In this document: piece by piece, positions 9,193 to 17,811 of the stretch | Position numbering within the stretch: position 1 is the first letter of the stretch | How the letters are laid out: each line of letters begins with the position of its first letter | IMG/VR virus record: IMGVR_UViG_3300028280_000511 | Coordinates: 1 to 25,665 of that record | Source of the DNA: a virus | Lineage: Duplodnaviria; Caudoviricetes | Length of the DNA: 25,665 nt | Direction: 5' to 3' (one strand) | The notes under the pieces: model-generated | Told to the model about the DNA's origin: nothing | The model's input: only the letters and a program-made list of their open reading frames with translations | The model's database searches: none | Position numbers and translations under genes: made by a program

Positions 9193-10065
9193 ATGAAAAG
9201 GATCCTTGTAACAGGAGGTGCTGGTTTTGTTGGTTCTAATCTAGTTTGTAGATTAGTTAGAGAAGGTCATAATGTAACTGTTATTGATAATTATTCAACA
9301 GGTCTTAAAAGTAACGAGGTAGATAGCGTTAGTTATTTTACTGGTGACATTACAACACCAGGTATTATCGAAGCATCTGGCAATAAAAAATATGATGCAA
9401 TTTATCATCTCGCGGCAATGGCTCGTATTCAACCGTCATTAACTGATCCTGTAGGTTGTATTAATAATAATTTTGGAGGTACTCTTAATGTAATGGAGTA
9501 TGCACGTGCAAATAAGTGTCAAGTTATTTATGCAGGTTCAAGTTCAAAACATGTGGGGTTGTATGTTAGTCCATATGCGTGGTCTAAGTTTGGTGGGGAA
9601 GAGCTTTGTAAGTTATATAGTACTGTATATGATTTGAATACTACTATTTGTAGATTTTATAATGTATATGGTCCTAATCAAATTAAGACTGGAGACTATG
9701 CAACTGTAATCGGTATATTTGAAGATCAATATGCAGCAGGCAAGCCATTAACACCTACAGGAGACGGTGAACAAAGAAGAGACTTTACGCATGTTGATGA
9801 CATTGTAGATGGGTTATTCCGTTGCTTAGGAAAATCTTTCCGTGCTCAGGAGTTTGAGTTTGGTACAGGTTACAATCACTCCATTAATGAAGTAGCTGCG
9901 CTGTTTGGCGATTATCCGGTAGAGTATATTCTAGCTCGTAAAGGTGAATATCCTGTAACATTATGTGATTCAACTACTGCAGATCTTCTGCTTGGTTGGT
10001 CTGCGACTGATAAACTTAAAGATTGGATTAAAAACTTTGTGAATAACAAAGTTGATTTACCTTGA
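9193..10065 (+). CDS. NAD-dependent nucleotide-sugar epimerase/dehydratase (extended SDR)
   Basis: MKRILVTGGAGFVG, HLAA, AGSSS, YAWSK, RFYNVYGP, GDGEQRRDFTHVDD. Start moved to ATG 9193 because of the AGGAG just upstream. Confidence 0.88.
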   Translation: MKRILVTGGAGFVGSNLVCRLVREGHNVTVIDNYSTGLKSNEVDSVSYFTGDITTPGIIEASGNKKYDAIYHLAAMARIQPSLTDPVGCINNNFGGTLNVMEYARANKCQVIYAGSSSKHVGLYVSPYAWSKFGGEELCKLYSTVYDLNTTICRFYNVYGPNQIKTGDYATVIGIFEDQYAAGKPLTPTGDGEQRRDFTHVDDIVDGLFRCLGKSFRAQEFEFGTGYNHSINEVAALFGDYPVEYILARKGEYPVTLCDSTTADLLLGWSATDKLKDWIKNFVNNKVDLP

Positions 10066-10079
10066 GTGCATCTTATAAT
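10052..10079 (+). promoter_or_regulatory. Sigma70-like promoter for colD-gmd
   Basis: (AG)TTGATT-N16-TATAAT, 6 nt before ATG 10086. Confidence 0.7.
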
Positions 10080-10085
10080 AAATGT

Positions 10086-11249
10086 ATGGCAATCAATCTA
10101 GTATCAGATACTATTGATAAAGAAGACGTCGCTAATCTAGTCGACTGGCTTACTCAAGAAGAAATCCCGCAACTTACAAAAGGTCCACTTACTAAAAAAT
10201 ATGAAACAAAATTCTCTAACTGGCTTGGTACTGTCAACTCTGTGTTTGTCAATTCTGGTTCATCCGCTATTTTGCTTGGTCTTACTGCTCTTAAGTTTGG
10301 AGGAAAGCTAAAAAACAATAAGATTGTCGTTCCGGATGTTAGTTGGGCTACTGACTTAAGCACACCACTTATACTTGGGATGGAAACTTTTGTAGTAGAT
10401 TGTAACCAAGAAGATCTTTCTGCTGACTTACATCATCTAGAACAATTGTTTAAAGAAGAGAAACCAGCCGCGTTTATTCTGGTTTCTGTATTAGGGCTTG
10501 TACCAAATATGGATCGTGTTGTTGAGCTTTGTAATACGTATGATGTTTTATTGATTGAAGATACCTGTGAGAGTCTGGGTTCTGAATTTGGTGGTAAAAA
10601 ACTTGGCACCTTTGGTTGCATGAGTTTCTTCTCAACTTATTTTGGACATCACATCTCTACTATCGAAGGTGGTATGATTTCTACTAACGATAAAGAAATT
10701 AACGATCTACTTCTTATGATGCGATCGCATGGTTGGGATAGAGATCTTGATGAAGCAACTGCTAAAGAACTTGCAGAGAAAAATAATATTAAGGATTTTG
10801 ATAGGTTATTTACTTTTTATCTTCCTGGATTAAATGTTAGAGCTACAGATCTTCAGGCAAAGATTGGATTTAATCAAGTAGATAAGATTGATAATTTTGC
10901 TAAAATTCGTAATGAAAACTTCCATAATTATAACGATAGGTTAGTTTATTCCTCTAATTTATTTTCACCAACACAACGTGAAGGTGACTTTGTTTCTAGT
11001 TTCTGTTACCCAGTAGTTTTACAAGAGCGTGATAAGTGTATTGCTGAACTAAAAGATAATAATATTGCATGTAGACCGCTTATTGCTGGATCATTAACAA
11101 GGAGTCCTATGTGGAAAAACTTCGGGGGTATGGAAGTAAACAATCCTAATGCGGAAATTGTACATGAGTATGGTTTCTATGTACCTAATCATCAAGGTAT
11201 GGGTGATAAAGAAATAGAACAAATTTGTAACATTATTAAAAAATATTAA
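10086..11249 (+). CDS. PLP-dependent DegT-family sugar enzyme, ColD-type (GDP-4-keto-6-deoxymannose 3-dehydratase-like)
   Basis: VNSGSSA, IEDTCESLG, STYFGHHISTIEGG with His where aminotransferases have the Schiff-base Lys, RSHGWDR, LPGLNVR. Start moved to ATG 10086. Confidence 0.75.
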   Translation: MAINLVSDTIDKEDVANLVDWLTQEEIPQLTKGPLTKKYETKFSNWLGTVNSVFVNSGSSAILLGLTALKFGGKLKNNKIVVPDVSWATDLSTPLILGMETFVVDCNQEDLSADLHHLEQLFKEEKPAAFILVSVLGLVPNMDRVVELCNTYDVLLIEDTCESLGSEFGGKKLGTFGCMSFFSTYFGHHISTIEGGMISTNDKEINDLLLMMRSHGWDRDLDEATAKELAEKNNIKDFDRLFTFYLPGLNVRATDLQAKIGFNQVDKIDNFAKIRNENFHNYNDRLVYSSNLFSPTQREGDFVSSFCYPVVLQERDKCIAELKDNNIACRPLIAGSLTRSPMWKNFGGMEVNNPNAEIVHEYGFYVPNHQGMGDKEIEQICNIIKKY

Positions 11250-11250
11250 A

Positions 11251-12243
11251 ATGAAAACAGCGTTAATCACAGGTATCAACGGTCAAGATGGCTCCTATTT
11301 AGCAGAGCTTCTTCTTGATAAAGGATATGAGGTGTGGGGAACGATTCGTCGTAACTCTTCACCAGAATATAATACAAAACGAGTAGATCATATTTTTAAG
11401 CGAGTGAATCTTGTCTATGCTGACTTAACTGATATGTCATCTCTGGTTAGCGTATTACAACAAGCGGGTGGCCCTCATGAAATTTATAACTTAGCTGCAC
11501 AGTCTCATGTACGTGTTAGTTTTGATGCTCCAATATATACAGCTGAAGCGACCGGTCTTGGTACGTTAAATTTACTTGAAGCAATTAGACTTACTTGCCC
11601 TACTGCTCGAATCTACCAGGCCTCTTCGAGTGAAATGTTTGGCAACACAATTGATGAAGATGGTTTTCAGAGAGAAACTACACCGCTCAATCCAGTAAGT
11701 CCGTATGGGTGCGCAAAAGTGTTCTCATATAATATTTGTAATAATTATCGTAATAGTTATGGTATGCATATTAGTAATGGTATTTTATTTAATCACGAGT
11801 CACCGCGGCGTGGTATCAACTTCGTAACTAATAAAGTCGTTAACGGTGCTGTTGATATTAGACAGCATCGGGCTAAAGAGCTTGTGCTTGGTAACCTTGA
11901 TGCAAGTCGAGATTGGGGGCATGCCAAAGACTATGTCAAAGCGATGTGGTTAATGCTTCAACAAGATGAGCCTGACAATTATGTTTGTTCAACTGGTGTT
12001 TCACATACAGTGCGTGATCTTGTTAATTATACATTTAAAACTCTTGGTGTTGATACTAAGTTTGTAAAGACGTCGCAAAAATTTGAACGACCAGAGGAAC
12101 TTGAGCACCTTAAAGGTGATTCAACTAAGTTAAGAACTAAGCTGGGTTGGAAGCCAACTTATACTTTTGAAACAATGCTTGATGAAATGATCTTTGTTGC
12201 AGCCAATAAGTATAATAAAGATATAGATACGCACAAATTTTAA
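11251..12243 (+). CDS. gmd: GDP-mannose 4,6-dehydratase
   Basis: ALITGINGQDGSYLAE, YNLAAQSHVRVSF, YQASSSEMFG, SPYGCAK, FNHESPRRG, RDWGHAKDYV. Confidence 0.96.
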   Translation: MKTALITGINGQDGSYLAELLLDKGYEVWGTIRRNSSPEYNTKRVDHIFKRVNLVYADLTDMSSLVSVLQQAGGPHEIYNLAAQSHVRVSFDAPIYTAEATGLGTLNLLEAIRLTCPTARIYQASSSEMFGNTIDEDGFQRETTPLNPVSPYGCAKVFSYNICNNYRNSYGMHISNGILFNHESPRRGINFVTNKVVNGAVDIRQHRAKELVLGNLDASRDWGHAKDYVKAMWLMLQQDEPDNYVCSTGVSHTVRDLVNYTFKTLGVDTKFVKTSQKFERPEELEHLKGDSTKLRTKLGWKPTYTFETMLDEMIFVAANKYNKDIDTHKF

Positions 12244-12244
12244 A

Positions 12245-12667
12245 ATGTTTATATCACATCGCGGTAATCTAAATGGCCCAAATAAAGACGTTGAAAATCA
12301 TCCCGACTACCTGATTGAAACCTTACAGCAAGGCTATAATGTAGAGACAGATGTATGGTATCTTAAAGGTAATTACTATTTAGGACATGATTTACCTCAA
12401 TATAAAATACAAATAGATTTTTTACTACAGCGTAAATTGTGGTTGCATTGCAAAAATAATGCCGCATTTATAAACTTATTAGAAGCAAAAACAAACTGCT
12501 TTTTTCATGAAAGTGAGTTAGTTGTATTAACAGGTCATGGTTATAAATGGTACCATTCTGATAGTATAAATATGAATATTGAATATGATAGTAAAAGTGT
12601 TGTTGCAATTCCCAATCAACAATATAATATTAAAGATATTAATATTTGTTCAGATTATTTACTATGA
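12245..12667 (+). CDS. Small PLC-like/glycerophosphodiester phosphodiesterase-like protein
   Basis: ISHRGN...EN...GYNVETDVW...LGHD...WLHCKN...ICSDY, a GDPD-type HRG/ExD/HD pattern in a minimal domain. Confidence 0.6.
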   Translation: MFISHRGNLNGPNKDVENHPDYLIETLQQGYNVETDVWYLKGNYYLGHDLPQYKIQIDFLLQRKLWLHCKNNAAFINLLEAKTNCFFHESELVVLTGHGYKWYHSDSINMNIEYDSKSVVAIPNQQYNIKDINICSDYLL

Positions 12668-13185
12668 TTAAATTACTTATTTTAGATGTGGACGGTGTTC
12701 TTACCGATGGTAAAAAATACTACGATAACACAGGATTAGCAAAGTATAAAACGTTTTGCGATAAAGATTTTTCAGCTATTAAGAAATTTAAATCTGCTGG
12801 TGTAGAGGTAATTTTTCTTTCAGGAGATACTAATATTAATGAGTCAATTGCAAAAAATAGGTCAATAGATTTTTATGCATCTAGAGGTGTATGTAAAAGC
12901 GCTTTCATAAATATATTTAAAAGTACCTATAATATATTACCTGATGAAATGTGTTATGTAGGTGATGATATTTTTGATTTAAATATTATGAAAGAAGTTG
13001 GGTATAGTTTTTGCCCCTCTGATGCTGTTAAAACAATTCGGGAATATTGCTGCGGTAATATTTTGAATAGAGTTGGAGGAGATAATTGTTTAGATAAGTT
13101 ATTTGATGTATGTGAAAGTAGAAATATAATACCGCCTTTTGATGAAGAGTTATTTTTTAATTTAGATAAAGATGACAAGTTCTAA
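12664..13185 (+). CDS. HAD phosphatase, KdsC/YrbI family
   Basis: MIKLLILDVDGVLTDG, KTF..KD, YVGDDIFD, CPSDA, GG. ATGA overlap with the upstream gene supports start 12664. Confidence 0.85.
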   Translation: MIKLLILDVDGVLTDGKKYYDNTGLAKYKTFCDKDFSAIKKFKSAGVEVIFLSGDTNINESIAKNRSIDFYASRGVCKSAFINIFKSTYNILPDEMCYVGDDIFDLNIMKEVGYSFCPSDAVKTIREYCCGNILNRVGGDNCLDKLFDVCESRNIIPPFDEELFFNLDKDDKF

Positions 13186-13852
13186 CGTTACATTATATGG
13201 CCATTTGACATATGATACTATTTTTGATGGTAATAAATCTTACGAAACAATTGGTAGCGTAGGTAACGTCTGGAAAGCTTTTATTAATTTTTCAAATAAT
13301 ATTAATGTTAGAATAGAACCAACGGAAATAGGAGAGGCTTTAATTTATGTCGATAAAGAAAAAGTTCGTCGAGCTTCGACAGCTACATTATCTGTAAAGA
13401 CTAGAACCCCCTTTATACAAATATCGGATTGGTCACATATATTATACCTTAACCAGCTCAACGATTTAAGTTTCGTTAAAGAAGTCTCTTTAACAAGTAA
13501 AAAAATATCTGCAGATATTTGTGCTGGGAAACCTCTTAAGGACTTGCAAGTTTTAAAGTATGTAGATTTACTTTTTATATCTGATGAAGACTTATGGATG
13601 CCTATAGAAGAACTTCGTAAATATGTTAAAGGTGATATACTTGTACATTATACATCCGGTAGTACATATTATGGGCAAGATACATTCTCAACGAAAGTAG
13701 AAGATGTTTTGAAAGGTGTAAATATTCTTGGAGCAGGTGATACTTTTGCTGCAGCTACTATTACTAATTTAATTAGTAAAAAGCCTGTTAAAGAAGCAGT
13801 TGCAATTGCACATTCCATGACATATAATTTAATTAAGAAGAATAATGAGTAA
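13172..13852 (+). CDS. PfkB/ribokinase-family carbohydrate kinase
   Basis: N-terminal G..TYD, LFISDED, and the anion-hole motif GAGDTFAA. Confidence 0.75.
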   Translation: MTSSNVTLYGHLTYDTIFDGNKSYETIGSVGNVWKAFINFSNNINVRIEPTEIGEALIYVDKEKVRRASTATLSVKTRTPFIQISDWSHILYLNQLNDLSFVKEVSLTSKKISADICAGKPLKDLQVLKYVDLLFISDEDLWMPIEELRKYVKGDILVHYTSGSTYYGQDTFSTKVEDVLKGVNILGAGDTFAAATITNLISKKPVKEAVAIAHSMTYNLIKKNNE

Positions 13853-15017
13853 AGTTAATATTTTAATACCTATTGCTGGTAAAGGACAGAGGTTTGTAGA
13901 CGCTGATTATGCAATGCCAAAACAACTTATAATGGTAGGTGATACGCAAATGATTGATTTAAGTCTTGAGTCAATTGATAATAAAGATGAGTGTAATCTT
14001 ATTTTCTGTATACGACGTGACCATGTAAGTGATTACTCGCTCGATACTATTTTAAAACAACGGTATGGTGACGATATTAAAATTATTATTTTAGATAAAA
14101 TTACCCGTGGGTCTGTAGAAACATGTTTAATGGCTGAAGATCATATTAATAATGATCATCCACTGTTAATTTATACTTTAGATGTTTTCTTTGAACCGTT
14201 CTTTGACCCAATAAAAATTGATACCTCGGTTGACGGTACTATTCTTACATTTAAAAGTAATAATAATGGGTATAGTTATGCAAAATTAGATGACAATAAT
14301 TTTGTTACACGAACTGCTGAAAAGGAAGTTATAAGTGAGAATGCTGCTGTAGGTGTGTATACGTTCTCAAAAGGTTCAGATTTTGTAAAATATGCTAAGG
14401 TAATGATCGATCAAGATATTACCACCAAAGGAGAATTTTATATCTGCCCCTTATACAATCTAATGATTGAAAATGGTAAGCGTATTACTATTGAGGAGGT
14501 TAATAAAATGCATTTGATGGGCACTCCTAGTGAGCTTGAGTTTTTCTTAACCCATACACTAGTTAAATTTGGTGATAAGCCTATTGCCATTTGTGCAGAT
14601 CACTCCGGGTTTGATATTAAAAATGAAGCGTGTAAGGTTTTAGATGAACTTGGTATACGTTATGTTGACTATGGTACATTTGTAAATAAAGATTGTGACT
14701 ATAATGATTATGTTTCGCAAGCAGTGGAAGCAGTTAGACGTGGTTATAGTGATCATGTTATTGCATTTTGCCGAACAGGTCAGGGGGTTAATATAGCTGG
14801 TAATAAATATAAAGGTATTAGAGCAGCATTGGTATCTGATGAATATACTACTGAGCATGCTGTAAGACATAATTGCGCTAATTATTTTTCTATACCAGCG
14901 AGAACTGTAGATAAAAAAATGTTTGAACTCATAATAAACATTTTACAAGTAACCACGTTTGATGGTGGTAGGCATATTCCAAGAATAACAAAAGCTGAAT
15001 CAAATGAAAAAGTATAA
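13845..15017 (+). CDS. Sugar-phosphate nucleotidyltransferase fused to a RpiB/LacAB sugar-phosphate isomerase
   Basis: N-domain: LIPIAGKGQRF..PKQLI, AEKEVIS, GEFYICP, GTPSEL. C-domain from about nt 14570: ADHSG, CRTGQG, HNCAN, FDGGRH. Confidence 0.88.
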   Translation: MSKVNILIPIAGKGQRFVDADYAMPKQLIMVGDTQMIDLSLESIDNKDECNLIFCIRRDHVSDYSLDTILKQRYGDDIKIIILDKITRGSVETCLMAEDHINNDHPLLIYTLDVFFEPFFDPIKIDTSVDGTILTFKSNNNGYSYAKLDDNNFVTRTAEKEVISENAAVGVYTFSKGSDFVKYAKVMIDQDITTKGEFYICPLYNLMIENGKRITIEEVNKMHLMGTPSELEFFLTHTLVKFGDKPIAICADHSGFDIKNEACKVLDELGIRYVDYGTFVNKDCDYNDYVSQAVEAVRRGYSDHVIAFCRTGQGVNIAGNKYKGIRAALVSDEYTTEHAVRHNCANYFSIPARTVDKKMFELIINILQVTTFDGGRHIPRITKAESNEKV

Positions 15018-15336
15018 TATAAAGGATATGGTAAATGGTTGGGTGGTTGGCAACTTTGATCCTTCTGTGTTAAAGACGGAAAAATTTGAAGTAGGTTATC
15101 ATAAGTATAAGAAAGGTGCTCCGACGCAAAATCACTACCATAAAAAAAGCACTGAAATTAATATTGTCGTTTCAGGAGATGTTGAAATAAATGGTGAAAG
15201 ATTTCGTGAAGGTGAAATATTTGTACTTGAGCCATATACTGTATCAGAGTCATCTTTTCACAAGAACACAGATTTAATTGTGATTAGAGATGCATCTTAT
15301 ACAAATGATAAATATATAGTAACTGAAAATGAATAA
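15004..15336 (+). CDS. Cupin-domain protein
   Basis: GWVVGNF, HYHKKSTEINIVVSG metal-binding cupin motif, C-terminal DKY. Confidence 0.75.
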   Translation: MKKYNIKDMVNGWVVGNFDPSVLKTEKFEVGYHKYKKGAPTQNHYHKKSTEINIVVSGDVEINGERFREGEIFVLEPYTVSESSFHKNTDLIVIRDASYTNDKYIVTENE

Positions 15337-15991
15337 AGCGATTGTAATATTTGGTCAGCAAAGATTTGTAGATATAGGTATATACTCTTTTAGAAAAAAT
15401 ATTGTGGATTTTAAGGAGTATGACATTTTTATCCACACTTGGAAAGACGAAAGTAAAGATGAAAGTTTTATATATGACTTATGGAAACCAACAGATATTT
15501 TAATTGAAGAACCTATACCATTTAGCGGATCTGATTGTGAGGTAACTCACAAATCTCTTTTTTATAGTACTAAACGAGGATTTGAACTTTTAAATAAATC
15601 AGATAAAAAATATGACGCAGTTATAAGAACAAGGTTTGATATGTGTGTTGAAACACCTATCGATATTACAGATTATGATTTGACACAACCTGCAATATTT
15701 TCACCTGATGTTTGTGGTAACCCTGCTGTATTATCTGATTTTTTAATGTTTGGTAGTGGTAATTGTATGAACATTTATCAAGAGATGTTTGATAATTATG
15801 AAAAATATCAAAGAGAAGGTGTACATGTTGGTGCTGGAGAAGAAATAATTAACCGAGCTATTTACGATAATGCATATACAAAAGTAAAAACTAATCATAA
15901 AGTATATGGTATAAGACCGGTTGGCGTTTGTTGTGGTTTATACTGGGCAAACGTAGATAATCCTCTAGTAACTAAGTATTTGCCTTCTTGA
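15329..15991 (+). CDS. Putative glycosyltransferase-like protein (WavE-like GT-A family common in phage/NCLDV sugar clusters)
   Basis: IFGQQR, YDIFIHTW, YDAVIRTRFD, D.LMFG pattern. Confidence 0.55.
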   Translation: MNKAIVIFGQQRFVDIGIYSFRKNIVDFKEYDIFIHTWKDESKDESFIYDLWKPTDILIEEPIPFSGSDCEVTHKSLFYSTKRGFELLNKSDKKYDAVIRTRFDMCVETPIDITDYDLTQPAIFSPDVCGNPAVLSDFLMFGSGNCMNIYQEMFDNYEKYQREGVHVGAGEEIINRAIYDNAYTKVKTNHKVYGIRPVGVCCGLYWANVDNPLVTKYLPS

Positions 15992-16007
15992 TATAGTACT
16001 ATATACT
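15980..16007 (+). promoter_or_regulatory. Sigma70-like promoter for the DUF366-like gene
   Basis: TTGCCT-N16-TATACT, 9 nt before ATG 16017. Confidence 0.5.
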
Positions 16008-16016
16008 AACAGAGTA

Positions 16017-16598
16017 ATGATTATAGAACAAGACATATATGATGGATCTTTAATTCATAACCGATTTGCGTATGAATATTTTCGTAAAGATGTTTCACCC
16101 GTAGGTAATATTGTAGCGTTTCGCGCTCCAATGGAAGTTAAAGACAATCTTATTGATTTGGAGGATACTTTAACTGATGATTTTATCTCGTCAAAAGATG
16201 CAATTAATTTTTGCTGGGAGATTCCTAATATGTGTCCGTTGGGTGCGGTTTCTTTTCAACGGTTATTTAATACCGCAGTAGCGCAAATTATTTCTGAATA
16301 CATTAAGCTTCCTATTACAATGAAAGGTGATGATCTTATGGTGATAGATAAGTTCACAGGCTCCGATGGTGAAGAGCGTGATGAGGGTAAGGTAAGTGTA
16401 TCGATTACATATAGTAAGGACAACGTTACTCTTGGTCATACAGCACTTAATATTGATGCAGGTAAAGATGCCCCTGGTTTTGCATACTCTTCAAAGCTAT
16501 CAGATGAAGACGCGGAAAGTTTTATGATCAAAGTTTGCAATTACTTTAATTACGAAATTAGAGATCAATTTGTAGCTACTACAAAAGTAATTGTATAA
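16017..16598 (+). CDS. DUF366-like protein (biotin/lipoate ligase-like fold)
   Basis: YDGS.I...AY, IVAFRAPM.V, LIDLED, FQRL, KGDDL, KVSVSI, GHTALNI. Confidence 0.6.
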   Translation: MIIEQDIYDGSLIHNRFAYEYFRKDVSPVGNIVAFRAPMEVKDNLIDLEDTLTDDFISSKDAINFCWEIPNMCPLGAVSFQRLFNTAVAQIISEYIKLPITMKGDDLMVIDKFTGSDGEERDEGKVSVSITYSKDNVTLGHTALNIDAGKDAPGFAYSSKLSDEDAESFMIKVCNYFNYEIRDQFVATTKVIV

Positions 16599-17434
16599 TG
16601 ATTACAGGAACAGAGTATTATGGAGTTGATAAAGGCTTCTGTGAATGGAACTATATTCAAGGAGTTATTAAAGAGCTTAACTTTGATAGTGATACGCAAC
16701 TCCACGTGGTTAGTATGACCCAGGAATGGGATTATCGCGATAAAGTAGTACTCAAAACAAATAAGAGAAACGTTATTATTGGTCTAGCAGACGAGTTTAT
16801 GACTGATAATGTTCCTCAAGAATGGAAAGATAACGCTACTACATTTAAGGCATATTTACTACCAACCCAAGAGTGTAGTAGTGTCCATTCATTTCCACTC
16901 GGTTATAATAAGAAGCATAAAAAACTTATTAACCGACCTATAAAATATAGACCAATTGATGTATTCTTTGCAGGTCACATGGCGTCAGTAAATAGACAAC
17001 AATATATGCATCCTGTAATTAATTTTTTTCAGAATATGTCGTCTAGTAACAGACCTAAACTAGATTTTAATATATCAAAAGGCTTTAATATGGGGTTAGA
17101 TGCTGACGCTTATTCTGAAAAACTCCATGACGCTAAAGTTGTAGTATGTCCGGCTGGTAATGTAAGTATGGAAACATTTAGACATTATGAAGCTATGAGA
17201 AGTGGTGCTGTGGTAGTATCACCGAAACTGCCAAACACAAAAATTTATAACAAGGCTGCTATCTGTCAAGTAGATGACTGGGACGGAAATGTTGGTAATA
17301 CTATTATGGATTTGCTATCTGATCTAGATATGTTACAATTGGTACAGGATAGGCAGCAACAAACTTATAATAATAGGTTTACAGCAAAATCAGTCGCTAA
17401 ATATATTAATGAACTTCTTCCAGTTACAAAATAA
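16598..17434 (+). CDS. Glycosyltransferase, exostosin/GT47-like (GT-B)
   Basis: RPIDVFFAG, Y...L..AKVVVCPAGN.SMETFRHYEAMRSGAV. Confidence 0.7.
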   Translation: MITGTEYYGVDKGFCEWNYIQGVIKELNFDSDTQLHVVSMTQEWDYRDKVVLKTNKRNVIIGLADEFMTDNVPQEWKDNATTFKAYLLPTQECSSVHSFPLGYNKKHKKLINRPIKYRPIDVFFAGHMASVNRQQYMHPVINFFQNMSSSNRPKLDFNISKGFNMGLDADAYSEKLHDAKVVVCPAGNVSMETFRHYEAMRSGAVVVSPKLPNTKIYNKAAICQVDDWDGNVGNTIMDLLSDLDMLQLVQDRQQQTYNNRFTAKSVAKYINELLPVTK

Positions 17435-17786
17435 ACTTTTCTACTCTAATAAGAGTAAGCAGCCTGAGCCCTTGGACTCAGAAGGCGAACAAGCATTTGT
17501 ACCGTTTTTGTTTAATCGCTGGCTTACTATGTATAGTAAAGATACTGTTGGTTTTGTTAATGAAACTCTTAACAAATATTGTGGTATCTTTGATACAGAT
17601 AAACAAAAGACATATAAAATGTATTATAATCTAATACCACGATTAAAATTTAAACGTATTAGCTACATTAAGAAGGTTAAAAAAGATAAAGAGAAGCAAG
17701 ACGAGACTGATCAACTTAAGATGATTGCTAAGAATAAAAATATGTCTGTTCGTGAGCTAGAGATATATAAGAACATGCTTGATTAA
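17409..17786 (+). CDS. Clamp-loader small subunit (T4 gp62-like)
   Basis: FVPFLFNRWLTM, NETLN, YYNLIP..K...YIKK, followed by a helical tail. Size fits. Confidence 0.6.
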   Translation: MNFFQLQNKLFYSNKSKQPEPLDSEGEQAFVPFLFNRWLTMYSKDTVGFVNETLNKYCGIFDTDKQKTYKMYYNLIPRLKFKRISYIKKVKKDKEKQDETDQLKMIAKNKNMSVRELEIYKNMLD

Positions 17787-17806
17787 TTTTTAACCTATAG
17801 TAAATA
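17779..17806 (+). promoter_or_regulatory. TTGATT-N16-TAAATA promoter 5 nt before ATG 17812
   Basis: Near-identical to 3059-3086. TAAATATAGATATG is also identical to the context of the start at 4443 (-). Confidence 0.7.
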
Positions 17807-17811
17807 TAGAT

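Noticed and set aside
10086-11249. Perosamine synthase or other sugar aminotransferase call
   Set aside because: The catalytic Lys position is His, which is the ColD/E1 dehydratase signature.
9157-12663. ORF-track starts at 9157 (TTG), 10062 (TTG) and 12646 (TTG)
   Set aside because: Downstream ATGs (9193, 10086, 12664) fit the family N-termini and the SD, promoter or ATGA-coupling context better.
4493-17434. Bacterial O-antigen/capsule locus (host DNA or chimeric assembly)
   Set aside because: There are no wzx/wzy/ABC export or initiating transferase genes. The same promoter-start architecture continues across the island, and it is interleaved with thyX and overlaps the gp62-like gene.
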